Source: Eledone cirrhosa (taxonomy: Eukaryota). From it: a stretch of DNA of 64,000 nucleotides. Where the stretch lies: the NCBI GenBank assembly GCA_964016885.1, contig OZ024744.1, positions 68,448,001-68,512,000 of the forward strand, written 5' to 3'. Positions 14,563 through 27,570 of the stretch are shown piece by piece. Position 1 is the stretch's first letter. The number at the start of each line of letters is the position of its first letter. The notes below the pieces were generated by a model that did no database searches, had not been told where the DNA came from, and was given only the letters and a program-made list of their open reading frames with translations. Position numbers and translations under genes: made by a program.

Positions 14563-15207
14563 GTAAGTAATTCCATAAAACATCAATTCTGTGATAGTTT
14601 ACATAACAACCTTTCACAGTTGATGTTAAATTTACATCATCTACATATTTAGAATTTAATGCTTGATCCTAAATATTGTGGGGGAATTGTATTATTTGGC
14701 AGTCTAGAAATTGATCGTGAACTAAAATAATTGAAAGAAATCCTGAATCAATCAACTAAAATAGAAATCTGGAAAAAACTAAACTTTCACTCATTCTCTA
14801 ACCTTAAAAAAGTCAGGTGGAGGTAGATAGTTAGTTCATGATAGTTAGTTTACGATCGTTTCAGAGATCGATGGAGATATATGTATCAACTAGCATGGTA
14901 GTGGTTAAGTTTACTACCTATTTCTAGTCTCGAAATCCTTTACAGACATCGGGAATGGGTTAGAAGAGCGTTCGAACAAAATATTGCGGAGCGAAAGACA
15001 AAGTCATAAATGTGGGAGAACTAAAAAAATGTGGAATTTTCGACAAAATGAGCAATAAGAAACAATATGCTGGAAACTCCCGCATAATGCGTGAAGTTCG
15101 ACAAGCTGGTGATATACACCACAACAACTTGTAATATACAACACACCAGCTCTAATATAAAATAAACCAACACTACAACACACCACACATACACACACAA
15201 AAAGAAG

Positions 15208-15860
15208 GTTTCTGATTTAGGCACAAGGCCAACAATTTTTGAGAAGGAGAAAATCGATTAAATTGACAATAATGTGTTACTAGTACTTTATTTTATCGAT
15301 CCTGTAAGAATGAAAGGCAAAGTTAACCTTGGCAAGAGTTGAACTTAGACCGTAAAGGGCAGTAACTCTATGCTGTAAAGCTTGGCATCGGACCCTCTAC
15401 CGATACTGCCAATCCACCACCCTAAATACCAATAATGGTTTGTTATATCGGCACAAGGCCAACCATTTTGGGGGAAGGGGAAAGTCGATTTAATCGACCA
15501 CACTGGTACCAATGAAGGGCAAAGTTAACCTCAGCGGGATTTGAACTCTGATCGTAAAGGGACGTTATTATCCCACAAAAATGTTTTCCGACGCCCTGTC
15601 GATGCTGTCAGTCTACCGCTCTACAACACAGAAATAATGATTTCTACTATAGGCACAAGGATAGCAATTTGGAGGGGGGGGGGGTCGATTAAATCTCCCC
15701 CAGTGCATTGCTGGTGCTTTATATTATCGACCCCTTAAGACTGAAAGGCAAAGTTAACCTCGGCGGGATTTAAAATCAGAACTCATAATGTTAAGGGTCG
15801 TAACTCCTTGCCGCGACGCAGGGTGTCCGATGCCCTAACGACCCTGCCAATCCAACGTCC
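15208..15860 (-). mobile_element. three tandem head-to-tail tRNA-SINE copies
   Basis: Tails (GGCACAAGG on +) near 15220, 15451 and 15652, each followed by the core and A/B-box head. Confidence 0.85.
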
Positions 15861-15894
<34 letters not shown>

Positions 15895-16172
15895 TATGAT
15901 TTCATTTATTGGGCACAAGGGCTGACATATAGGGGACAATACAAAAGATTGGGACAGTGGGGTTTTACAGAAAAATCGAGTAAACAATATGAATAAACAA
16001 AGTAACAATAACAAAGTAACAATAAAGTAACAAGAAAATTACAACAAGAAAAAATTCCCCAATAGGGGGGATGACCACCTAGGGTTCGCTCAGGTACGCC
16101 ACCAGTCCTGAACGACCCGACGCTTCGAGAGCACCCTGGAAGGGCACCCCTCTCCTCTTCAAATTTACCTAC

Positions 16173-19100
16173 CTACAGCCGCATGACCAGAGTAGGCCCA
16201 CTCACACGGGCCATTCTCGCCACATTCACCCACCTTTCAGCAAATGTACTGAGGGGCAGCACTTCTCTCTCCACCCTCACCTTCCTTTCCAAGTGAAACT
16301 TGAAAAAGTTGATGAGGGATTGGCCGAAGATAAAATTGTCTGTCTTCAGTCCTTTCAATCTCGTCCACCATACAACCTCTTTCGCTACTGCCACCAGACA
16401 AGGGAAAATTGCCTGCCCTTCCTGGCCAAAAGAAGGCGGCGGGTCGATCTTCACTATGGACTCGGCCGATAGCCGGATCCGTTCTACACGCGACAACAGC
16501 TGTTCAACATAAGTCCACAAATCAGTAATGCACGGACACTGGACGAGTGCGTGCAGAACGGTTTCGTCGCTCTGCGCGCATCTCGGACATGTCCGTCTGA
16601 CAGCACTTACCGTGCCTGTAGAATTTATCCCGAACCGGCAGTGCCCCCCCCCCCCCCCGTAGCACTGCCAAGCGAGGGATTTTTGGAAATTATCCATCTC
16701 CCCGGCTCGAAAGTCCTCCAGTACAGACTGGTTAGTTCGACTTCGTTGACTCCCAGAGCCTCTTCGAGTGCGTCATCGCACTTGCCCATCACTAATCCTC
16801 TATAGAACTCGAGAGTGGAAGTTACACTGACCGTATTGACCGCCTGGTAGAGGGCAGTGAGTGCCTGGCAACATTCCAGATGCCAGTCACCCAGTCTCGG
16901 TCTCTTCTTGAACCAGGACTGCAGCTCAGTCAAAGAAACGAACTGCGGAAAGGCCCGTCTGACAAACGGCGACCACACCTGTTCTCCGTTTAGGCAGAAT
17001 ATCTGGAGATGCCGCAGCCTCAGCGCGTGCCTGCGCATCATTAGCCACGACATGCCCAGCCCTCCACGTAGAGGGTGCTGGCAGCAGATGGACCGCCTCA
17101 CCAGCGGAACCTGACCCCTCCACAAGAATTTGAAGAGGAACCGCTCCAAGATGGCGAGGCGCGAACGGGGCAAGGGACGACAGTCAGACGGTAGTATATG
17201 ACGGACGCGATGTACGCGTTCGCCACCTCCGCCCGACCTTTCAGTGATAGCTTCATCCCAGCCCATTTCTGGGTGAGACTGACTACCCTGCCCGTCACCT
17301 CGTCCCAATTCTTATCCACCTGGAGGTCTGGCCCGAACCAAACCCCTAGCAACTTTACCGGTCCGTCCGTCCAGCGCCTAACGACGCTGTTGGACGGCAT
17401 GGACTTGCCTCTCCAGGTGCCGAGTTGCAAGCCTACTGACTTTTTCGGGTTAAGGTTTGCTCCCGTCAACCTTTCATAATCCTCCAATAAGTTACCGACC
17501 ACCACGATTTCTGAGGTGTCCGACACCATCACGGTGATGTCGTCCGCATAAGCCGACACAGCCTTTCCGCGTCCCTGTTTGAGCTGGATGCCCTGCAACA
17601 GCTCCAGCTTCCGCAGTAAAGGCTCGCGAGTCATTACGTACAGAAGGGAGGAGAGAGGGCACCCTTGACGGACCGATCGGGAGACCTGAAACGGTTCCGA
17701 GAGGTGGCCATTAATTTTGACCACCGAGCAGGTGCCGCTGTGCATTGCAGTGATCCAGCTTCTGAAGACGGGGCCGAAGCCAGCCGCCTTGAGGACAGCC
17801 TCCAGGTACCGATGGTCGACCCTATAGAATGCTTTCGATTGATCTAAATTGATCTGAGTCCCACCGAAGCCAGGTTTTCACCCTACCCTCTCTATGATGT
17901 ATCGCATTAGGTGGAGGTTGTCGTGTATAGACCTGGTTGGGATTGCGCAAGTTTGCGCCTCCCCAACCAAATCCCCGACGACAAGCGCCAACCTCTTCGC
18001 TAATACCCTGGCCAAAATCTTAAACTCTGTGTTGAGCAGAGTTATGGGTCTGAAATTGTCTAATGTGTCCCTCTTGTTCTCGTCTTTCCTTATCAGCGTC
18101 ACTACGCCCCGGCTCACAGAACTGGGAATACTCCCGTTTTGCTGCCAGTTGCAGTAGAGGGCTTCGAGGAGATTGGAGAACAAGTCTGGCATATTTACGT
18201 AAAGCTCGTAGGGCAGACCATCCAAACCGGGTGACTTGCGCCTCATGAAGCCTACAAGGGCATCCTGAATCTCGGCTGAAGTAATTGGCCTTTCGCAGCG
18301 CCCAGCGTCAGCCGTCGAGAGTTGCAGCAAGCCATCGAGGTAGGGACTGAAGTCCGCCACCATCTCTGACTCGCCACTTCCCCCGAACAACCGAGCAAAA
18401 TGTTGGCGAAAGGCCTCACACATCCTCTTGGAATCGCTCAGCTCGAGCCCGTCTCGGTCCGTCAAAGACCGAATCGTGGTGTTATTACCACGCTGCGCCT
18501 CTGCCACGCGGGCCCATTGAACAGCTTTGGTTCCCTCGTTTCTCAGAGCACGCGCCTTAGCTCTGACAATGCAACCTTCGTGTTTCGCATTGAAGAAATG
18601 GTCTAATGCCATTCTGGCCGCTAGCACATCAGTTGCAATGCCACTACCAATAGCCTCGTCTAACTTATCTACCAACTCTCCCTCCTTTCTATTTTTCTCT
18701 AATGCTACTTCTTTGCTAAACTCTATCGACATTACTCTAATCTCTCTTTTGAGAGCCCCCCACCATCTATTGTTGACGACTCCCCCTGTCAACTTTTTCT
18801 TAACTAAATTGTTGACCTGGTCCCTGTAAGCCTTACGTGCCGGAAATGACATGTTTAGCTTCCAGTAACCAGGTCCTAACCTACGTGTCTTATCTAGGTC
18901 GACCATACAGATCACAAACTTGTGATCTGAATAGGCGACCGTTTCAAAACGTGGACAGCTTACACTATTTCTGTCTATTTTCCTAATGAATATCCTGTCT
19001 ATATACGATCTAGATTACCCTATGCCGTTAGCCCAGGTCCACACTGGCGCATTAGGGAAATCTAGTCGGTACCTGTCAGACAGTTGGAACTGGCTGATCA

Positions 19101-19601
19101 GGTTCTTGAGGCTTTTGCACCCCCCGCTCCTATTGGATACTCCCACACAGTCCCAGCGTGCGTCTAAGATGCCGTTCCAGTCCCCCGCTAACAGTAAAGG
19201 GCGAGACGTATCCAGAAAGGCTTCCAGGCGTTTAAAGAAGTCCGACCGTCCTGCCCCAGTAGGAGAATAGACGGCCACCAGTCTAAAGGCACCACCTTCA
19301 TTATTGTTCACGTCCAGGACCACCAACTTCCCGTCCGGGTCCCGGAAGATCGACCTTACCTCGAGATCCAGGCCTTTCCTAAACAGCATTGCCACCCCGC
19401 CTCCCATTCCCGGCTGGCTAACAGATGCAAAGATCTGATAGTCGTCGAAAATGGGGGCTAGTGCGCGCGTGTCGGAAAAATGGTCTCGCTGACTGCAATT
19501 ACATCCATTTCTATAGACCTGAGGTCGTTGAGCAGGTGACCCTGCTTCCAGGACGATCCCAGGCCTCGAACATTTAAACATCCTACTCTTAATACGGTCA
19601 T
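16173..19601 (-). pseudogene. Tx1-B ORF2 (APE endonuclease + reverse transcriptase + CCHC), frameshifted
   Basis: MTVLRVGCLNVRGL, GDWN, SDH, GPGYWKLN, KSPGLDGLP, NFRPITLLN, QGCPLS, YADD, CPRC..H..C spread over several frames. Confidence 0.93.
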
Positions 19602-19632
19602 GTTAGCAGGTTAAACAGAGAGAGAGGAAGGT

Positions 19633-21602
19633 TTACTTACCTTCCGGGCTCTTGTGAAGGTCGGGTTGTTCGACTTCCATAGTTAGTGGAGTTTGGAACC
19701 CCTTTAAAAGTCTTGAAGTAGGTTTTACGTTCGGGGTTCCCACGTCCCGAGGAAAGCTGTCTCGTATTTCTTTGAATATGTCGAGCGACATTCGCACCAG
19801 AATCAAATCTTCCGGCACGCGAAATGTGCTTGATTTAAACATTTCCCCCTCTTTTTGTATATTTTCGCTTCGTGCTATGAGGGCCATCAGTTCCTTGTTG
19901 GTCCTCCTGACGAGCACGAAGTTTTGTATGTTTTGTTGATGTGATTTTATTTGTTTGCGTGACTGTGGTGGTGATGGATTTGGTGGTGTTGTTTCGGTTG
20001 TATCTATGTTTGTTGTGAGTGCGATGTCTGTGGTTTCAGATGTTTGTGTGTATATTTGTTCTTGCGTCTGTTTCAGTTGTTTGCGTTTGGGGGATTCTGG
20101 TGATGGTGATGGTGGTGTTGATGTTATTGGAGAGATGTTTGCGTGGGTGGTGTCTGCGTTTTTTTTTATTGTGGGTGCTTTTGTGCTTTGTTGAGTTTTT
20201 TTTTTCTTTTTGTGTTTCCTTTTTTGTATTTTGGGGGATTTGGGATTTCCCTCATCTTCACTACTGGTAGATGAGGGGTCTGTGTCTGTAAGTGTGTTTG
20301 TATGTATGTTTAAGGTTTTATTGGTGTGTGTATTTTTGGGGGGGAGGGGGGAATTTGACAGCTTTCCTCGTTTTCCCCCTGGGTGGTCAATGTTGGTGGT
20401 GTTTTTTCTATTGGTGTTGTTGTTGGTGGTTTTGCCGATGCAGGTGTTGGTTGTGGTCCCGCCCCGGCGTCGGCAGCAGTGGAGCCTTTCGACCCCTTGC
20501 CTCTTTCAGCAGTTGAGGGCAGAAGGCTGGCAAATGGGTTTTTCCCCCACAAACAAAACACTGCGGTCTTTTGCCTTCGGTCATAATGTGAATGACAGTC
20601 CCATTCTGAAGTCGGATATGGTCTGGGATTGTCTTCACATTCTCGGGCCTGATCTGGAGAAGGATCTCCAGGTCAACCCCGGACCAGTCCTCTCTGGCCG
20701 TTCTGGTCACTTCTATAGGGACTGTATCCGTCCCCTCCACAATCACACATCCCAGAAGCCACCGCATGTCAAGTCCTGGTGGGATTCTGGGAATGCGGAG
20801 ACGGGTCGTTCTTTTTTCCATGTGGGAGGGGTACATTATGACCTTGCTGGTTTTGCAAGGAGTCATGGCGTGTTTCATCGCGAGCGCTTCTGACTTGAAC
20901 AACACCGAAATGGTGCCGTACTGTCTGCCCCTCTCTATGTACTGGGTGTCTTCTCTGATGCACCTCAGCGCGACTTCGATATCTTCTTGTGGGATTAACG
21001 CTGCCTTTTTGGTCTGTGCTGAGATGCATCTATAATGCACCGTTTTGCGCTCCACTGCCTCAATAGCTTCTACCGGGACAGTTAAGTTGGCCCAAGTTTG
21101 CTCTTGCTTGATGAGCTTCCATGCCTGGGCCAACTTTTCATCTTTGTTTGAGAGGTCCATGTTGAAGCATGGCCTCTTTTTTGCTGCTGCCGCAGCAAAA
21201 GTAGTCTTGTTTTCGTTGGGGATGTTGTTGACGTTGTTCTTGTTGGTGTTGTTGTTAGCACTGTCGCTGTTATCATTGTTGTCTTTGCTGCCACCGTTGT
21301 TCTCGGTGCAGCTGGTATTGTTGCTATTGGTGTTGTCGCTATTTGTTTTCATGTTAGTGGTGTTGATATTGTTGTTGTATTTGTTATTTTTTTTTTTGTT
21401 ATCTGTATTTTCGTTGTCGCTGTTACTGTCATTTTTTTTTCAAATTAGAGTTCTTATTGGTATCATTGGTGTCTTTGTTTACCTTGTTTGTGGTGGTGTT
21501 TGTGTTATCAATGTGTGTTAATTTCGCTATAGCGCTCCTCTCAACTTCTACGTCGTTGTCGCACGACAGCCGACATATCGCTGGGGGACGTGGCTCAGCC
21601 AT
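19633..21602 (-). pseudogene. Tx1-B ORF1 (Asn-rich N-terminus, RRM-like region, zinc knuckle), frameshifted
   Basis: CFVCGGKTHLPAFC (CX2CX4HX4C); the terminal frame ends ..PEGK*. Confidence 0.85.
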
Positions 21603-21808
21603 GTTTTTTTTTCTTCGTAAATTTTTTAACATGTAAAGAAAAGTTAAAATATTTGGGCCAAGAGGCCCAAATATTATACTTTCCCCTTCACGGGGCAAAG
21701 TCTAAGGGCTTATATCCCTTACACAACAAGAAATATTTAACAACAAATAATTTAAACAGGCAAATAAAGCGACTTACTGTGAGCGAGCAAAATACGTCCG
21801 CTTAGACC

Positions 21809-21841
<33 letters not shown>

Positions 21842-22144
21842 TTCTTTATTGGCCACAAGGGCTGACATCAATAAAAACATTACAGACGGCACAGGACGGT
21901 ACAGGAGGGTACGATGTGGGTTTTGTGCGTGTAAATATTTTTATTATTTATAAAAGAATAGAAAAAAAAAGGACATAGAAACATATATATATATAAACAA
22001 TAAAAATGAAAATTGAAACAAGGAAAAATTCCCCAATAGGGGGGGAAACCTCCGAGGGTTACTCGTGGCGAAAACCACACAAAAGACCACGGCCACCCTG
22101 ACCACCAGGGCAAGCGACCTCTCTCAATGTTTCCATCTCTCAAA

Positions 22145-25100
22145 CTACAGACGTATATTCAGAGCGGTCCATTTCACTCGGACCATTCTCGCTACATTCA
22201 CCCACCTTTCAACAAACTTGCTAGAGGACAGCACTTGCCTCTCCACCCTGATTTACCTCTTCAAGTGAAACTTGAAAAGGTTAATTAGGGATTCGCCGAA
22301 GAGGAAAGTGTCTGTCTTAACCCTTTTAACCTTGTCCACCACACAATCTCTTTCGCCATGGCCATCAGTCAGATGAAACCCGCCTGCCCTTCCTCCTCGA
22401 AGGAAGACGTCGAGACCATCTGCACAATGGACTCAGACGATAACCGGATCAGTCCTAACGCGACAGCAACTGTTCGACATAGCTCCACAAGTCAGCAATG
22501 CTCGGACACTGAACGAATGCGTGCACGACGGTTTCGTTGCTCTGCACGCATTTCGGACAGGCTCGGCTGACAGCATTTCCGTGCCTGTAGTGCTTATCTC
22601 GAACCGGCAACGCTCCCCGGTAGCACAGCTAGGTCAGGGATTTTTGGAAGTTATCCATAGGCCCTGGGCTGAAAGTTCTCCGGAAGAGAGCAAACAGCTG
22701 ATCTTCTTCGACGCCCAGGATCTCTCCGAGAACGTCGTCACTCTTCCCCTCCACTAGTCCTTTATAGAACGCCGAGGTGGATGTTCGACCGATACTGGTG
22801 CCCAGCTGGCAGAGGGCAGTGAACGCCTGGAGACATTCCAGTTTCCAAGCGCTATCAAGGAGACGAGCTGTGGGAAAACGTGCCTGGCGAACGACGACCA
22901 CACCTGTTCACCGTCAAGGAAGCACCAGAGGTGTCGCAGCCTCAGCGCATATTTGCGCATTATCAGCCATGGCATGACCAGTGCTCCACGCAACGGGTGT
23001 TGACAGCAGATGGATCGTCTGACCATGGGAGCGCGTCCCTTCCACAAAAAGCGGAAGGGAGGCGCTCCATTTTAGTGAGAGCTGGGCCGGGGCAAGGGAC
23101 AACGGTGAGGCGGTAGCAGATGACGGATGCGATGTACGCATTCTCCACCTCCGCCCGGCCTTTAAGGGACAGCTTCCTCTCGGCCTATTTCTGGGTCAAG
23201 GAGGCCACCTTGCTCGTCACCTGGTTCCAGTTTTTCTCCATCTGGAGGTCCGGTCCGAACCAGACCCCGAGCAATTTAACCGGACCGTCCGTCCAACGCC
23301 CCATGATGCTGTCGGACAGCATGGACTTGCCTCTCCAGGTGCCGAGCTGCAAGCCCACCGACTTTTCCTGCTTTATCTTTGCTCCTGTCACTGCTTCGTA
23401 TTCCTTGAGAGCGATGCCGAGCATCTGGACGTGTCTGGTGCTCGACACCACCACGGTGACGTCGTCGGCGTAGGCCGACTCGGATTTCCCGCATCCTAGT
23501 TCGCGTGGGACGCCCCTCATCGCCCCCAGTTTGTGCAGTTACGGCTCGAGAGCCAATACGTACAAGAGGGACGAGAGGGGGAATCCCTGGCGGACCGAGC
23601 GCATGATGCTGAACCGCTGCGACAGGTGACTGTTGACCCTCGCAATCGAGCAGATGTCGCTGTACATCGCAGCGATCCAACCCCTGAAAACGGGCCCGAA
23701 ACCAGCTGCCTCGAGGACCGTCGCCAGGTAACGATGGTCGACCCTATCGAATGCTTTGGATTAATCCAAGTTGATCAGGGCCCCACCCGTGCCAGGTTCC
23801 TTAACCACCCTCTCTATGATGTATCGCATGAGGTGGAGGTTGTCGTGTATGGATCTGTCCGGAATGGCGCATGTATGCGCCTCTCCCACCAGACCCTTCA
23901 CGAAAAGCGCTAACCTCGTTGCTAACACCTTGACCAAAATCTTGAACCCTGCCTTTAGCAGGGTTATGGGCCTGAAATTATCGATAACATCCCGCTTGTT
24001 CGGGTCTTTTCTCAGCGGCGCCTCCGCTCCCCGGCTCACAAAACTGGGAATGCTCCCGTTCTGCTGCCAGTTGCAGTAGACGTCTGCCAAGAGGTCACCG
24101 AACAAGTCTGGCATAAATGCATATAGCTTGTAGGGCAGACCATCAACACTGTGCTGCGGTCGTCGAGAGACGAGGCAGTCTGTCGAGGTATGTATTGAAG
24201 TCCATACACCGATCCGGCCCGCCGCTGCTCCCGAACAGTTCAGCAAAGTGCTGCTGAAAAGCTTCGCACATCTCGGGTTCGAGCAACACGCGCCCGTTTT
24301 GATCAGATAAAGACCGAATTGTGGCTTTGTTGCCACGTCGTGCCTCTGCCACCCGGGCCCATTGGACGGCTTTTGTCCCCGCGTGTTTCAGAGCACGCTC
24401 TCTAGCCCTGACAATGCAGCCTTCGTGTTTTGCGTTGAAGAATTGGTCGACTGACAATCTTGCCGCAAGCACGTCGTTTGCGATGCCTGTCCTAAACGCC
24501 TCTTCTAGCTTTCTGATTAGCTCTCCCTCTACTCTATTTTCCTCTTTCACTAGTCCTTTGCTAAACCTAATCGACTCTACTTTAATTGCCCTTTTCAGGG
24601 CGAACCACCACCTGTTGTTTACGACCGCTCTCCTCAACGCCCGCTTAACTAATACGCTAATCCAGTCTCTGTAGGCTTTGCGCGCCGGGAAAGACACGTT
24701 CAGCTTCTAGTAAACGGGTCCTTGTCTGTGCAGTCGACTATTTTAAATTGTGGACAACCTATACTAGCCTTATTTAGTTCTCTGCAGAATACCCTATCGA
24801 GATACGATCTGGATGACCCGATACGGTTTGTCCATGTCCACATTGGCACATTCGGATGATCCAGTCGATACCTGTCAGACAGTGCAAAACGTCTGAGCAA
24901 GTTGGTGAGGCTCTTGCACCCTCCTCCCCTATCCACTAGCCCCACACAATCCCAGGGTGCATCCAAGATACCGTTCCAGTCGCCCACTAACACTAAAGAG
25001 CGGGACGTTCGAAGAAAGGTCTCTAGACGTCTAAAGAAATCTGGCCGTCCTGTCCCTGTCGGAGCATAGACGGCTACTAGCCTGAAAGCGTTGCCTTCGG

Positions 25101-25401
25101 TGCCGCTTACGTCCAACACCACCGACTTACTTTCTGGGTCCAGGAAGATGGTCCGTATGGCGAGACCCAAGCCTTTCCGAAACAACACAGCCACTCCGCC
25201 CCCCGCTCCCGGACAGCTCGGAGATGCGTACACCTCGTAACTGTCGAAGATCGGTGCGAAAGCTTGCGTTTCGGAGATTCTCGTCTCACTGATGGCCACC
25301 ACATCTATGTTTAGTGACCTGAGATCGTTAAGCAAGTGACCCTGCTTCCAAACCGAGCGCAAGCCACGCACGTTTACACTTCCGATCCTGAATACGTCCA
25401 T
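22145..25401 (-). pseudogene. Tx1-C ORF2 (APE-RT), disrupted
   Basis: MDVFRIGSVNVRGL, GDWN, YLDR, NFRPITLL, YADD; contains deletions and frameshifts. Confidence 0.9.
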
Positions 25402-25433
25402 GTTGGGTGCGGAACGGGGCAAGTGAGAAAGGA

Positions 25434-27251
25434 TCACTTACCTTGATCGTCTGGTGAAGGGACCGTTGAATCGTCCCTTCGGCTGGTCGTCGGCTCTTCT
25501 GTGAGTATATCGGAGTATACTCTCCGGTTGAGTGCCCCCCTCCTAGGTCTCTGAAATCACCAAAATTTCATTTTAATGTTTGTGTATTGTTTCTGTGATA
25601 TTCTTACCAGTCTTATGTTCGTTGGTGTTTTGATTGGTGCTGGTATTATGTTGCCGTGCTGTGAAATGTCTGCGTGTTCAATTATGTAAGTCATTAGTTT
25701 CTTGTGTGTATTTATTGCTGTGCATTTCTATTTCTGGGGGTGGTGTGTGGTTCTGCTATTTTCTTGTTGTTGCTGCGTGTGTGTGTTTTGTTGTGTTTGC
25801 GAGGTTGGTGTTTGTGGTGGTGTTGCTGAAGGTGTTGTTGTTGTTGGCGGTGGGGTTGCCGCCGGTGGTGATGGTGGTGCTAGTGTGGGTGGTGATGGTG
25901 TTGGTGGTGTTGCTGCTGTAAGTCTCTTTGCAGTAGCCTTTGCCCTTTTTTCATTTCTTCCCTCCCTTTTCGAAGGCTACGATGCGCTGCTTCTGCGTTT
26001 GTGCCTTCTTGCGACCTTTTGTCATCCCTCTCCCACCTCACACTCCATGTCCGATTCTATGAGGTCGGGGAGGGGTTCCATCTCCACTCTTTCACTTGTT
26101 GTTGTTTGTGATGGTTGCAGTGGAGTCGCTGTTGCATCTGCAGTTGGTATTACTGTTGTTGTTGTTAATACTTCCACTGCTGGTGTTGTTCTTGATTTCC
26201 GTGGCGTGGGTATGGGTGCCACGGACCTATCCTTCCTGGTTGCCGCTTGTCCTGTTGCTGGTAGCCGTGGAGCCGGTTTCGGAAGGAGGGTTTTTTTTTC
26301 TTTTCTCAGGGCCTTCTCATTGCAGAAAGCCCTGAGGTGAGTCTTCGACCCACAGCGAAAGCATTTCGGACGTTTGCCCTCAACACTTATGGGAAGTTGA
26401 GTGCCGTTATCGAAGTCTATCACATCCGGGATAGCTTCGATACACTCCTGGTTGGTTTGAATTAACATCTCAATGGAGGCGCCGACCCAATCTTCTCGTA
26501 CTTTTTTCTGTACTTGCAGTACGGTTGTTTTGTCCTCGTTTCCGACGAGGACAGACGCGGCCAGCCAACAAGGGGCCATCCCGGGGGAGGGGGGACTTGG
26601 GTCAGTTTGACCCTCACAATATTTTGCCCGCAGTAGGAGGGCACTAACACAATTTCCTCGCTCCTTAGGTTCACTAAGGATTCAGCCTTTGCCTCCCGTC
26701 GTGTGGCAAAAAGCACGTCCACGGTGGCACATTTCTTGCCTCGGATGATATGCGTTTTCCGCTGCCACACAGACCCTAAGGCTTTTTGTATTTGAGCCTC
26801 TGTGGCTCTTTCAACCCTACGTGAATTTGTGCTTAGTGTACGGTACGTGACCGGTACAGTGCTGTTGGGTTTCGAAAAATTCTTCGGCTGCCTTGCAGAT
26901 CACTCGGTTACCGGTTTTCGTCCCCATCTTCCTTGCTTCCTGTAATTCCTCATTTGTTATAAGGATGGTTTCCAGGTTCTTTGCGATATCTGCAAACGAG
27001 ATTGGGTTTTCTTTCTTGTTGTTGTTGTTGACGTCAGTGCTGCTGTTACTTTTGTTGTTTCTGCTGGTACTAAGACCACCGCCGCCGCTGTTGCTGTTGA
27101 TGTTGTTGTTGTTGCTAAACTTGTTATTGTTGTTGCCACTGCTGCTGTTGTTGTTTATGCTGCTTCTGATGTTGTTGCAGCTGCTACTAGTATTTTCCTC
27201 GCCACTGTTGTTGATGCTGCTGCTGTTATTACGGCTGCTGCTATTCTTCAT
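25434..27251 (-). pseudogene. Tx1-C ORF1, frameshifted
   Basis: Asn/Ser-rich N-terminus, CFRCGSKTHLRAFC knuckle, ends ..DDQGK*. Confidence 0.82.
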
Positions 27252-27522
27252 GACGTCAGACGAATGAAATGGCTTTCCGTATTTACCGCACACGTCTTTC
27301 GTCGTTGTCGTTGTCGTGGAGAAATGTTCCACGGTACGCGCGTTCTCTTGATGAAGAACGCTAGGAGAAAGTACATTTTTCTTTTTCTTTAGTGGCGTCG
27401 CTTGCGAAAGAGGCGACAGAGGCGAAACCACATTTAGAGAAGGGAGGGAGAGAGACAATCTTTTCTCTGACGTAATGATTACTATACCTTACAGAGCCGA
27501 GCCTCCGTCAACCATGGCATTC

Positions 27523-27568
<46 letters not shown>

Positions 27569-27570
<2 letters not shown>

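Larger units (their letters stand above)
15894..21808 (-). mobile_element. Tx1-clade non-LTR retrotransposon copy B, full-length (~5.9 kb)
   Basis: 5'UTR, ORF1 with CCHC knuckle, ORF2 APE-RT-CCHC, 3'UTR with AATAAA; bounded by (AAT)n on both sides. Confidence 0.95.
21842..27522 (-). mobile_element. Tx1-clade retrotransposon copy C, full-length, diverged family
   Basis: Same architecture as B; 3' end CCCTTGTGGCCAATAAAGAAA; (AAT)n at both ends. Confidence 0.93.

Noticed and set aside
19575-19640. Micro-intron fusing ORF1 in frame to ORF2
   Set aside because: Only copy B has a phase-compatible AG, and it is not the first one. The nearby acceptors in C and D are out of frame, so a fusion is not conserved.
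15894-21808. Tx1-B as a currently active intact element
   Set aside because: Several frameshifts and stops. Some fall at homopolymers and may be sequencing errors, but not all.
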